DNA of 64,000 nucleotides from a bacterium (GTDB lineage: Bacteria; JADJOY01). Location: NCBI GenBank assembly GCA_046331705.1, contig JAXLQJ010000015.1:62001-126000 (forward strand), given 5' to 3'. The translations under genes were made by a program, and so were the position numbers. Positions 9,973-19,358 of this stretch are shown in pieces (position 1 is the first letter of the stretch; each line of letters begins with the position of its first letter). Below the pieces are notes generated by a model, which did no database searches, was not told the DNA's origin, and saw only the letters and a list, made by a program, of their open reading frames with translations.

Positions 9973-12699
9973 TCAGCCGGCCCCGTGCTCGCGCGTGCGT
10001 CGCTCGGCGGCGAACGCCGGCGTGGCGCTCGCCACGTCCGTCGTGAATCCGCCCAGCGCCCCGCCGTCCACCAGGCGGAAGCGCCGCACCTCGGTGGTCA
10101 GCCCCTCCGCTTGCTCGAAGAGCTCGAGCACGCGGCGGTTCATCTCCTCGATCATCGCGCTGCTTTCGCGGGTCGCGGCGCGGATGGTCTCGATCGCCTC
10201 GGCGACCCGCGCGCCACCGCGGTCGAGCTCGCCCGTGGAGCGCTGCATGGCGTCGACCATGTCGCGGATCGTGGCGACGCGACGCACCACACGCTCGACA
10301 CCGTCGCGCTGCTCGCCGCTGCTTTGCTTCACTAGCTGGGCGTAGTCGCGGACCTCGTCGGTGGCGCGCTGGATTCGCTCGCTGCCACGGCGCTGCTCCT
10401 CGGTGGCGCGGGTGATGCCGGCGACGCCGGTCGCGACCTTCTGGAACGCGCGTCGCAGGTATTGCCCCTGGCGCGCCTGCTCCTGGGCGGCGAGCGCGAT
10501 GCCCTTGACGCTCTCGGTCGAGAGCACGGCGCTGGTCACGATCTTCTCGAGCGAGTCGCCGGTCTCCCGCGAGCGCTGCTCGCCGTCCTCGATGCTGGCG
10601 CGCCCGGCGCTCTCGGCTTGCTGCGCGCTCGAGCCGGCGGAACGGATGCGCTCGACCAGCCGCTCGATGTCGGCGGCGCGCTCGCGGCTCTTGATCGAGA
10701 GCTCCTTGATGTCGTTGGCGATGACGCCGAGCTCGGCAGCGCCCTCGCCGGCGCGCGCGGCGATGATGGTGGCGTTGAGCGCCAGCAGCTTGGTGCCGCC
10801 GATGATCGAGCGCTGGATGCGCAACACCTGGTCGATCTCCTCGATGTGGCGTTGCAGGGTCTCCATCGCGGTGCGCCCCGCGCTCGACGTGGCCACGATG
10901 TGGTCGATGGAGGTGGCTGCGCGCGCCACCGCCGACTTGGCATCGCCGGCGTCGTGGATGACGCGCTCGGCCAGCGCCTGGGTCTGGTCGGCGCGCTCGC
11001 GGATCTGCTGCATCGAGCGGTCGATCGCGTGCATCGCGTCGACGGTGGTCTCGGACTCGCCGTGGAGCTGGGCGCTGCCCGCGGCCACCTCGCGGATCGA
11101 GCTCGCCATCGCGGCGATCGAGGCCGCGGTGCTCTCCGCGGAGCGGCTCAGCATCTCGACGTGGCCGTCCACCGCCACGATCGAGCGGCCCACGGCCTGG
11201 ATGGATGCGTCCGTGTCGCCGGCGGCCGCCTCGAGCGCCTCGATGCTGGCACGGATCCCCGCGATCGAATGGCTCATGCTGCCGATCGACGCGGCGGTGT
11301 CGTCGACCGAGCGCACTTGCGTGCGGGAGGCGTCGTCGATGCGCTTCGCACGTTCCACCAGCTGGGTGGCGACGGCGCCCACGTGCTGCGCGGCCTCGCT
11401 CACCCTGCCGATCAGGCGCACGAGATTCTCGTGCATGCGCCGGAAGCTCAGCGCCAGCGAACCGATCTCGCCGTCGGTGGTGATGCGCACCGGACGGCTC
11501 AGGTCGCCACGGGCGATGCGTTCGCTCGCCGCTTCGATGTGGCCGAGCGGCGTGGTCAGCATCTGAGCGAAGATCGCGATCAGCGCGGCCACGAACGCGA
11601 GCACGCCCACGCCGAGCGCCAGCACCAGGCGAAAGGCGCCGCTCAGCTCGCCCGCGGCGCGCGGCACCACCCACCACAGCCGCGGGGCGCGCGCCGGATC
11701 GGGGGCGAGCTGGATGAGTGGCTGGCTCACGACCATCCGCTCGCCGACGACGTCCACTTGCCCCGCGGCGCCGCCGCTGCCGAGTCGCTCGACGAGCTCG
11801 CCGGGGAGGTTCGAGTCGGCGAGCCGGTAGAGCCCGCCTGGGCGCTCGCGGGGGTGACCGGTCTCGGGGTCGAGGAAGAGCTCGTTCGAGGTCTGGTAGA
11901 TCACCTCGCCGGTGGACCACGCGAGCAGCAAGGTGCCGTCGCCGCCGGCGGAGCGCCGCATTCGTTCCTCGAAGGCGGCGGGGCTCAACGGCATTCCTTC
12001 GCTGGCGATCTCGCGCGCCAGCCGTGCCAGACGCTCCTCGCGCGCGCTCAAGAGCTGCGCCTCGATCGCGCGCAGCGCCTGGTGGGAGAATGCGAAACCC
12101 AGGAACACCACCGGCACCACCGCGACCGCGAGCGCGAACAGCCAGAGCTGCAGCGCGATCCGGCCGCCGCTGGTGCGGGTGAGCTCGCCCGTGCGATCGA
12201 TCAGCGCCGCCATCGCCGGGCCGACCGACCAGCGGCAGCGGAAATAGCAGACCACTCCGAAGGTGAACGACACGAACACGCCCGCCGCCGAGACCCCGAG
12301 GAGCTGCCGGGGGTTGAAGCGCGCGTAGCCGATGTGGGTCGCGGCGAGCCCGGTCGCGAGCAGCAGCACCGCGAGGGTGGTCAGGCGGGTGGCGAGCCAG
12401 GTGGGGTAGCGCTGGATCCGCGCCAGCGCGGCCGCGTCGGCGGCGAGCTCGGCGGGGCCCACGGCGGTGCTCCTGAGGCGCGCCTCGACGCCGCGGAACG
12501 CCCGGCGGTGGACGAGCAGGCCGAGCAACGCGAGCGCCACCGCGACGAAGAGATCGGTCGCGGCCACCGCGCGCTGCTGGCGCGACGTGAGGTCGATCGT
12601 GAACCACACGAACGCGAGACCGAAGACACAGCCGAAGGCCGTGACTCCGACGACGAGGCGGTCGATCCGGCTCCGCGTGGTGCGAGCGAGCAGTTCCAC
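9973..12699 (-). CDS. Methyl-accepting chemotaxis protein (multi-TM N-terminus, HAMP, long signalling domain)
   Basis: HAMP (IARGDLS..DGEIGSLALSF), coiled-coil heptads, tip TKLLALNATIIAARAGE. Confidence 0.88.
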   Translation of the reverse strand: MELLARTTRSRIDRLVVGVTAFGCVFGLAFVWFTIDLTSRQQRAVAATDLFVAVALALLGLLVHRRAFRGVEARLRSTAVGPAELAADAAALARIQRYPTWLATRLTTLAVLLLATGLAATHIGYARFNPRQLLGVSAAGVFVSFTFGVVCYFRCRWSVGPAMAALIDRTGELTRTSGGRIALQLWLFALAVAVVPVVFLGFAFSHQALRAIEAQLLSAREERLARLAREIASEGMPLSPAAFEERMRRSAGGDGTLLLAWSTGEVIYQTSNELFLDPETGHPRERPGGLYRLADSNLPGELVERLGSGGAAGQVDVVGERMVVSQPLIQLAPDPARAPRLWWVVPRAAGELSGAFRLVLALGVGVLAFVAALIAIFAQMLTTPLGHIEAASERIARGDLSRPVRITTDGEIGSLALSFRRMHENLVRLIGRVSEAAQHVGAVATQLVERAKRIDDASRTQVRSVDDTAASIGSMSHSIAGIRASIEALEAAAGDTDASIQAVGRSIVAVDGHVEMLSRSAESTAASIAAMASSIREVAAGSAQLHGESETTVDAMHAIDRSMQQIRERADQTQALAERVIHDAGDAKSAVARAATSIDHIVATSSAGRTAMETLQRHIEEIDQVLRIQRSIIGGTKLLALNATIIAARAGEGAAELGVIANDIKELSIKSRERAADIERLVERIRSAGSSAQQAESAGRASIEDGEQRSRETGDSLEKIVTSAVLSTESVKGIALAAQEQARQGQYLRRAFQKVATGVAGITRATEEQRRGSERIQRATDEVRDYAQLVKQSSGEQRDGVERVVRRVATIRDMVDAMQRSTGELDRGGARVAEAIETIRAATRESSAMIEEMNRRVLELFEQAEGLTTEVRRFRLVDGGALGGFTTDVASATPAFAAERRTREHGAG

Positions 12700-12713
12700 G
12701 ACCTCGGGTCATA

Positions 12714-13331
12714 TCACGATCGTCGCCGCCACTGGCCTCCCTCGAGCGACCAGCTCTCGATGGTCCCCGAGAGGTTGGTGCGCACCGCCCACACGACCTG
12801 GGCCGCGTCGCCTGCGTGCAAGTACACCGTGCCGGCGCCGGCGTTGCCGCGCGGGTAGAAGGCGACCTTGTCGCTGCCGCCGCTGAACGAGATGCCGTCC
12901 GGAAAGACCGTGGTACCGCCCGGGCCTTCGCTCACACCGGGAGCACCGAAGCGGATGCCGCGGGGGAGCTCCTTCACGACGCGGCGGGAGCGGAAACCGT
13001 CGAGCAGCACTTGCGCCGCGTCTCGCTCGCCCGGGCCCTCGGTGTGATCGTCGTCGAGGTCCGCGAACGCGGTGTAGACGCCGTCGGCGGGAGTGAGCGG
13101 TCTGGGAGCGAAGTCGACGTAGACGGTGCGATCGAGCGTGATCGCCCGCGCGCGCGCCACGCGGAGCGCGAGCACCAGCTCGTGCGCCGCGACGCGCACG
13201 CGAGCATGCGGGTCGCGCGCCACGGCCAGCCCGCCGATCAGCCAGAGCCCACCCAGGACGGCGACCACCGCGAGCAGCTCGGGGATCGAGAAGCCAGCGC
13301 TGCCGGTGTCGCGGGATCGCATGCGTGCCAT
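12714..13331 (-). CDS. GspH/FimT family prepilin-like protein
   Basis: Class III signal AG|FSIPELLAVVAVLG. LRVARARAIT and FYPRGNA..GTVYL typical of FimT/GspH. RBS GGAGG before ATG 13331. Confidence 0.8.
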   Translation of the reverse strand: MARMRSRDTGSAGFSIPELLAVVAVLGGLWLIGGLAVARDPHARVRVAAHELVLALRVARARAITLDRTVYVDFAPRPLTPADGVYTAFADLDDDHTEGPGERDAAQVLLDGFRSRRVVKELPRGIRFGAPGVSEGPGGTTVFPDGISFSGGSDKVAFYPRGNAGAGTVYLHAGDAAQVVWAVRTNLSGTIESWSLEGGQWRRRS

Positions 13332-13534
13332 GACGCCTCCACGGCTGCGCGCTGACGTCGAGCCGGGTCGGGAACGGTCGTTGCGCGCGGCGCGCACGCG
13401 GCCCAGCGCAAGCGCGATGCCGCGCGAGCGGGCGTCCCTGCGGCGATTTCCGCGGTGAAATCGAGGTGCGCTTGCGGGCCAGCTGCGCCCCAGCGGACGC
13501 ACCTCGGCGCCCCGGCGGGCGCACCTCGGACGAG

Positions 13535-14281
13535 TCAGTGGATCTGGCGGAGCTCGCCGGCCAGCGCCGCGGCGCGTGGGCGGCTCGCGATGCGTCCGTC
13601 GCTGCACACGAAACCGCCGACGCGATCGAGGTCGGCGGGGTCGCGGGGCAGGATGAGGATCGCCTGCAGCTTGCCGTTCACGTCGACCCGCGGCAGCGCG
13701 TTCCAGCGCTCGGACACGCGCACGAAGCGCTCGGACGACCAGATCGCTTCCATCGCCCGTTCGGGATCGAGCGCGGCGCCGGCAGCAGCGGACCATCCCA
13801 CGGCGCAGAACTCCGTCGCGCGGTCGGTGTCGCGATAGAGGTCCATCGTGCTCTCCACCAGCGGGCGGGACTCGGCGAACCAGACGGCTTGATGAAACGC
13901 GCCCACCGCCGCGATCCCATTGGCGAAGGTGAGCACGAGCAGCGCCACGCCGGTGAACGTCCACCGCCATCGCCACGCGCCTGCGATCGGCGTCGCAGCG
14001 CTTTCTTCACGACGTCGACTGCGATGCAGCCAGCTCGCGAACGTGTGCCCGAGCAGCGCGACTCCGAGGCCCGCCACGAGGAACGTCGCGATCGCCCATG
14101 CGCTCAGCTGAACGCGCGGCAGCACGCGCGCGAGGAAGGCGACCCAGCCCACCGCCAGCGTGAGCGGGACGTCGATGATCAGAAAGCAGCCCGTCCCGGC
14201 ACAGATCACGAGCAGCACGACGAGCTCGAGCGCCAGCGTGACGCCGCGCCCGACCCGAGTGCGCGGCGAGCGTTCGGTCAT
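13535..14281 (-). CDS. Hypothetical membrane protein
   Basis: MTERSPRT start overlaps the upstream stop (ATGA). Several TM segments; GWVAFLARVLP, WRWRWT, AVGAFHQAVW. Confidence 0.75.
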   Translation of the reverse strand: MTERSPRTRVGRGVTLALELVVLLVICAGTGCFLIIDVPLTLAVGWVAFLARVLPRVQLSAWAIATFLVAGLGVALLGHTFASWLHRSRRREESAATPIAGAWRWRWTFTGVALLVLTFANGIAAVGAFHQAVWFAESRPLVESTMDLYRDTDRATEFCAVGWSAAAGAALDPERAMEAIWSSERFVRVSERWNALPRVDVNGKLQAILILPRDPADLDRVGGFVCSDGRIASRPRAAALAGELRQIH

Positions 14282-15006
14282 CGTGTCCGTTCGGCAAGCC
14301 GCGCTTGGATGTCGGTCAGCGGCAGATTCGTGATGTCGCCGTTCGAGAGCAGCGCGAAGCGATCGGCCCCGAAGACGCCCGGCTCCCACACGACCGGAAT
14401 GGCTCCGTGATCGGGCGTCGCACCTGGAGCGTAGATGAACCGCGCGCCACTCGGATCACCCGCGTCCCAGTCCGCCGCGGGAATGTCGTCGACGAGATCG
14501 TGCGGCGGAAACGCTCCAGCGTGCTGCGCCGCGTAGCGCCAGAGCTCGATCCGAAGGCGTTCGAGGCGCGCACGCCTGGCGAGCCGAGCCGTCGAGCTCA
14601 TCCGATCCTGCGAGCTTCCCGTCAGCTTGTAGGTCGTGGCCTGCCGGGTCCAGGCACCGGGCGTCATGAGCTCGCGGGCGCCGGAGATCATCGTGAGCAC
14701 CAGCACGAATGCCGCGCCCCACAGCCCGAGGAGCTGGAGCGCGCGCCGATAGCTCAGCAGGGGAAGCGCAGGAAAGTCCGCGCGCAGCGCGTTCCAGAGC
14801 GCTTGCACGCCCTTCGCGGACACGAGGAAGCAAGCGCAGAAGAACGAGACGGCGCTGAGCCGTACTCGTGCCACGTCGCTCAGGAACACCGCGGGCATGC
14901 CGGCGAGCGCCGGCGCTGGCGACGCGACCAGCAGCAGCGCGAGCGCGAGCACCCGCGGGCGCGGCGGCGCGCCAGCGGGCAGGGCGGTTCGCGGACACGC
15001 GCTCAC
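14278..15006 (-). CDS. Hypothetical exported/membrane protein
   Basis: Signal peptide ending ALA-GMP; segment WGAAFVLVLTMISGARELMTPGAW. GTG at 15006 lies 6 nt after a GATAAT -10-like box. Confidence 0.75.
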   Translation of the reverse strand: MSACPRTALPAGAPPRPRVLALALLLVASPAPALAGMPAVFLSDVARVRLSAVSFFCACFLVSAKGVQALWNALRADFPALPLLSYRRALQLLGLWGAAFVLVLTMISGARELMTPGAWTRQATTYKLTGSSQDRMSSTARLARRARLERLRIELWRYAAQHAGAFPPHDLVDDIPAADWDAGDPSGARFIYAPGATPDHGAIPVVWEPGVFGADRFALLSNGDITNLPLTDIQARLAERTR

Positions 15007-15089
15007 GGTGGGATTATCTCGGATCTCGTGGCCCCTCGCACCGGGTGGGCGCGAAGGGCGCAGCGAAGAATCGCCGGCCTCGCCTGGTC

Positions 15090-16145
15090 TCACTCCACGC
15101 CGAGTCGGCGCATCTTCTTCTGGAGCGTGCGGCGCGACAGCCCGAGCGCCAGCGCGGCGCGGGTGCGGTTGCCGGCGCTGAGCGCCAGCGCGCGCGCCAC
15201 CAGATCGGCTTCGGTCTCCACCAGCAGCGCGTCGAGTCGCGGTGACGGGATGGCGTCCGCGCCGCTCGAGTCCGGCAGATCGAAAGCGCTGGCCGTGAGC
15301 GGTCCGTCGTGCTCGGCCTCGATCACCGCGCGCCGGATGCGATGGTCGAGCTCGCGCACGTTGCCCGGCCACGCGTGGCGCATCAGTGCCTCGAGCGCGA
15401 GATCCTCGAAGCCGCGTACCGCGCGCCCGTACTGCTGGTTGGCGCGATCGAGGAACGCCCGCGCCAGCACCGGAACGTCCTCGATGCGCTCGCGCAAGGC
15501 AGGCACGTGGATCGGCAGCTCGTGGAGGCGCCAGTAGAGGTCCTGGCGAAACCGTCCGTCGGCGACCATCTCGGCGAGGGGTCGGTGGGTGGCGGCGATC
15601 ACCCGCACGTCGATGCGATGGGTGTGGTCGGAGCCGACGCGCGAGATCTCGCCGAACTGGAGCGTGCGCAGCAGCTGCACCTGAACCAGCGGCGAGAGGT
15701 CGCCGATCTCGTCCAGGAAGGCGGTGCCGCGGTGGGCGACGTCGAAGCGGCCGCGGCGGGGCGCCCGCGCGTCGGTGAAGGCACCGCGCTCGTGGCCGAA
15801 GAGCTCGCTCGCCGCGATCGCGTCGGGGATGGTGCCGCATTGGATGACCACCCATGGCTGGCTGGCACGGTCCGAGAGCGCGTGGATGGCGCGTGCCACC
15901 AGCTCCTTGCCGGTCCCGCTCTCGCCCTGGATCAGCACGCTCGCGCGGGTCGCTGCCGCACGCGCGATGCGCGCGCGCAGCGTGACCATGGCGCGCGAGC
16001 CGCCGATCAGGCTCGCGAGCGCGTCGCGGCCCGACGCGGTCGCGGTGGCCGCGGGCTGCGAGGGGAGGGCGGCTTGGGTCGAGTCGGCGACGATCCAGGG
16101 CGAGGCCGAGGTGTCGTCGACACCCTGCGGTTCGTGCGCGTGCAT
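15090..16145 (-). CDS. Sigma-54 enhancer-binding transcriptional activator (AAA+ and Fis HTH, no N-terminal sensor domain)
   Basis: GESGTGKE, ELFGHERGAFTDA, FLDEI, FRQDLYWRL, WPGNVREL, HTH GNRTRAALALGLSRRTL. RBS GAGGAGG. Confidence 0.92.
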   Translation of the reverse strand: MHAHEPQGVDDTSASPWIVADSTQAALPSQPAATATASGRDALASLIGGSRAMVTLRARIARAAATRASVLIQGESGTGKELVARAIHALSDRASQPWVVIQCGTIPDAIAASELFGHERGAFTDARAPRRGRFDVAHRGTAFLDEIGDLSPLVQVQLLRTLQFGEISRVGSDHTHRIDVRVIAATHRPLAEMVADGRFRQDLYWRLHELPIHVPALRERIEDVPVLARAFLDRANQQYGRAVRGFEDLALEALMRHAWPGNVRELDHRIRRAVIEAEHDGPLTASAFDLPDSSGADAIPSPRLDALLVETEADLVARALALSAGNRTRAALALGLSRRTLQKKMRRLGVE

Positions 16146-16222
16146 GGCGAAACCTCCTCTCGCCCGCCGCGCGCGTCCCGCGCGCCGAGCCCGTTCACGA
16201 CGGACCCGGCGGGGGTGGGGCG

Positions 16223-16567
16223 TCAGCGGGCAGACTTGCGTTTGGGCGCGGCGCCACGGCGCGCGCCGCCCGACCTGGCGCCGCCTTGGGCGTCGAGGCG
16301 GGCGTTGAGCGCGGCGAGCTGCCCCGCCAGAGCTTCGATGCGGTCCTCCAGGCGCCGCACGTCGGCGCGCGACGGAACGCTGAAGAGCGCCAGCATCGTC
16401 TGCATGTTCTTGTCGAGCTGGTTCTTCGCCGAGAGCGCCCGGGTCATGCCGTTGCCGAGCGCCTGCTGGAAATGGTCGTTCTTCATCAGCTCGCCCATCA
16501 GCTCCTGGAGCTTCTCGGTGCCGAGGCCGAGCAGGCGTTGCTTGAGGCCGTGAGTCGAGTCCGCCAT
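16223..16567 (-). CDS. Small coiled-coil protein, phasin/PHA-granule-associated-like
   Basis: VPSRADVRRLEDRIEAL resembles the phasin C-terminal motif; basic tail; RBS AGGAG. Confidence 0.6.
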   Translation of the reverse strand: MADSTHGLKQRLLGLGTEKLQELMGELMKNDHFQQALGNGMTRALSAKNQLDKNMQTMLALFSVPSRADVRRLEDRIEALAGQLAALNARLDAQGGARSGGARRGAAPKRKSAR

Positions 16568-16803
16568 GGGTGTCTCCTGGTGAGCAGAAAGTGTGCCGGG
16601 CCGGTAGCGAGGTCGATGCACGCTCGCTAGGAACGCGTCGCTCCGCGCAAGTCGCGAAGTATCGACGGCTCTCGTGGCCAGTCAAGCGCGTCCTCGCGCG
16701 GCGAGGAGGCTCGTGCGGCGCGCGCAGGAGCGCCGCGGCGAGTCCGAAAACGTCTCGTCACCGAGACGTCTCGGGCTCGAAGCCCGCGACGAGCCCGCGG
16801 GCC

Positions 16804-16831
16804 TTGACAGCCAAGGGGCGCGACTTAGGTT
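16804..16831 (+). promoter_or_regulatory. Putative sigma-70 promoter of hsp20
   Basis: TTGACA (16804-16809), 16 bp, TAGGTT (16826-16831). Confidence 0.55.
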
Positions 16832-16925
16832 CGGCGTGCGACGAGGAAGCCGAGGGAAAAGAGGGCGGAAACGGCGCATTCATCGACGAAACAGGGACGA
16901 TTTCGAACCCACGAGGAGGCCCGTC

Positions 16926-17354
16926 ATGGCATTGCTGCGTTACTCACCACTCAACGATCCGTTTGCTCTCGCCGAGGAAGTGCTCCGCGGTTGGCCGCGC
17001 AACGCCGGCGCCGTCGAATCCGACGTGTGGACCCCGCGCGTGGACATCCACGAGGACAAGGATGCGGTGCGGCTCGCCGCCGATCTGCCCGGCATCGATC
17101 CGAAGGCGGTCGAGATCAGCATCGAGGACGACGTGCTGACGCTGAAGGGCGAGCGCAAGCGCGAGACCCGCGGCGAGGGCAACGGGTTCCACCGCACGGA
17201 GCGGTATTTCGGATCCTTCGAGCGCCGCTTCTCGCTGCCGCAGACGGTCGACCGCGAGAAGATCGAGGCGAGCTACAAGGACGGCGTGCTCTACCTGACG
17301 CTGCCGAAGCGGGACGAGGTGAAGCCGAAGAAGATTCAGGTCGCGGTTTCGTGA
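16926..17354 (+). CDS. Hsp20/alpha-crystallin small heat shock protein
   Basis: WTPRVDIHE, DLPGID, LTLKGER, ERYFGSFERRFSLP, ASYKDGVLYLTLPK. RBS GAGGAGG. Confidence 0.95.
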   Translation: MALLRYSPLNDPFALAEEVLRGWPRNAGAVESDVWTPRVDIHEDKDAVRLAADLPGIDPKAVEISIEDDVLTLKGERKRETRGEGNGFHRTERYFGSFERRFSLPQTVDREKIEASYKDGVLYLTLPKRDEVKPKKIQVAVS

Positions 17355-17441
17355 TCCGAGCGCGGAAGCACCCTGTCGTACCGGTGGACGGCTGAGACCG
17401 CCACCGCAATGACCGGCCGATCCAGAGCCGGCCCTGCAATC

Positions 17442-17482
17442 GAGCCCGCCTGCCCGACGAGATCGGGGGCGGGCTCTTCGTT
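17442..17482 (+). terminator. Putative intrinsic terminator after hsp20
   Basis: Stem GAGCCCGCC/GGCGGGCTC followed by TTCGTT. Confidence 0.5.
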
Positions 17483-17599
17483 CGTGCTCGCCGGCGGACG
17501 TCGGGAAGACCGTCACCGCGTCCTCTCCCACCGATCGGCACCGATCGGGCTTCGCCCCGAGCACCGCTCACGCCGCTCGCACCCGTGGCGCGAGCGCCT

Positions 17600-18295
17600 T
17601 CACCACCGGTAGAAGCTCATCATCGCGAAGAAGATCAGAAAGCCCGCGATCACCAGGAACTCGAGCGGAAACCAATCGCCGCTGCGGGTTCCGGAGCGTT
17701 CGGGCGGTACCGGCGCGCCCTCGACCAGCATTGCCTCGATCAGCGAGCGCAGCGGCCCGTCGAGGCCGATCGCCGGCGGCACGTAGCGCACCCGGAGGTG
17801 GGCCACCGCTGCCCCGGCAGCTCCCCCCGTGGTGAGCGTCGCCCACAGGCGCTTGGGGCGAATGCGACGATCCCAGGCCGAGGGGTTGCCGCCCTGGTAC
17901 GCGACCAGGTCGGCGCCGCCGCGCTCGGGCTCGAGCCGAAAGCCCTCCTCGATCAGCCGGTGCCGCAGCCACCGCAGCGCGTCGTCGCGCTCCCCGACCG
18001 GCAGCTCGAGGTCGAAGCGGATCCCGGAGCAGCCCGGGATCTTGCCGACGATCCACGCCACCAGATGCACGAGCCCCAGGGCCGCGGCCATCTCCCCGGC
18101 GCCACGGACCCCCTGGGCCAGCGCGCCGCCGATGGTGCCCTGCGTCAGCGCGCCGATGCCGAACGCGGCGAGCCCCATCGCCAGGGCCACGTCCAAGACG
18201 AGCGGGACGCGCTCGATCCAGACCCGGCGGGTCTGCATCCGCCAGATCAGATAGGCGAGGGCGACGAGCATGCCGAGCGCGCCGACGGTACGCAT
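17600..18295 (-). CDS. Hypothetical membrane protein
   Basis: Three N-terminal and one C-terminal hydrophobic segments; co-oriented downstream of dmeF. Confidence 0.65.
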   Translation of the reverse strand: MRTVGALGMLVALAYLIWRMQTRRVWIERVPLVLDVALAMGLAAFGIGALTQGTIGGALAQGVRGAGEMAAALGLVHLVAWIVGKIPGCSGIRFDLELPVGERDDALRWLRHRLIEEGFRLEPERGGADLVAYQGGNPSAWDRRIRPKRLWATLTTGGAAGAAVAHLRVRYVPPAIGLDGPLRSLIEAMLVEGAPVPPERSGTRSGDWFPLEFLVIAGFLIFFAMMSFYRW

Positions 18296-18332
18296 GGGCG
18301 GTTCTCGTCCGAGGCGCGTGGCGGCGCGCCGG

Positions 18333-19358
18333 TTACGGCGACTCCGGTGTCGAGCGGTGGAGCTCCACGGTGACGTGGCAGACGTCTTCGACGGCGCGGA
18401 TCCGCTCGCGATGCTGCGTGGCGCCGCGTTCCTCGCTGTCGGCGATGGCCGCCACGCACGCGCGCCGGTTCGGGCCGATCTCCCAGAGGTGAAGGTCGAG
18501 CACCTGGCTGGTACCGTCGGCCTCGAGCGCCTGGCGAAGGCGGGCGAGCCGCCCAGGGTCGATGGCGGCGTCGAGGAGCTGCAGCGCCGAGCCGCGCGCG
18601 AGATCCACCGCCCAGCGAGTGATGACGATCCCGCCCACGAGGCCCATCATCGGGTCGAGAAACGTCCAGCCGAGGAAGCTGCCGGCGAGCAGCGCGGCGA
18701 TCGCGAGGACGCTGGTGAACGCGTCGGCGATCACGTGCAGGTAAGCCGAGCGCAAGTTGTGATCGTGATGCGGGTGCCGCGCCGCGATTCGCTCGCCGGC
18801 GACGTGGCCAGGGTCGTGCGCGTGATCGTGCTCGTCCGCGGGGGGGTGGTGGGCGTGATCGTGGTCGTGGTCGTGGTGGCCGGCGTCGAGCACCAGCGCG
18901 CACGCCAAGTTCACGCCGAGGCCGAGCACGGCGATGGGGAGCGCCTCGCGGAACTGGATGGACACGGGGTCGACCAGGCGCTGGATCGACTCGACTCCCA
19001 TCCACAACGCCACGCAACCGAGCAGCACCGCGCTGGTGTAGCCGGCGAGCGCATAGGTCTTGCCGGTGCCGAAGCTGAAGCGCGCATCGCGGGATCGCTG
19101 GCGTGCGAACGCGTAAGCGAAAGCCGAGAGTCCCAGGGCGCCCGCGTGGGTGGCCATGTGCCAGCCGTCGGCGACCAGCGCCAGCGAGCCCGTGAGCTTC
19201 CCGATCGCCAGCTCGAGCACCATCATCCCGGTGGTCACGGCGACCACGATCCGGGTGCGCGCCTCCGCGCGCTCGACGCCGGCGTGCGAGTCGTGGTCGT
19301 TGCCGAGCGCCGGCGCTGGGTCGGCCGGCGCGCGCTCGCGGTGCGATCCCCCGCTCAT
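18333..19358 (-). CDS. dmeF: CDF family Co(II)/Ni(II) efflux transporter DmeF
   Basis: SLALVADGWHMATH, FSFGTGK, His-rich loop, HDHNLRSAYLHVIADA, DLHLW. ATGA overlap with the upstream gene. Confidence 0.9.
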   Translation of the reverse strand: MSGGSHRERAPADPAPALGNDHDSHAGVERAEARTRIVVAVTTGMMVLELAIGKLTGSLALVADGWHMATHAGALGLSAFAYAFARQRSRDARFSFGTGKTYALAGYTSAVLLGCVALWMGVESIQRLVDPVSIQFREALPIAVLGLGVNLACALVLDAGHHDHDHDHAHHPPADEHDHAHDPGHVAGERIAARHPHHDHNLRSAYLHVIADAFTSVLAIAALLAGSFLGWTFLDPMMGLVGGIVITRWAVDLARGSALQLLDAAIDPGRLARLRQALEADGTSQVLDLHLWEIGPNRRACVAAIADSEERGATQHRERIRAVEDVCHVTVELHRSTPESP

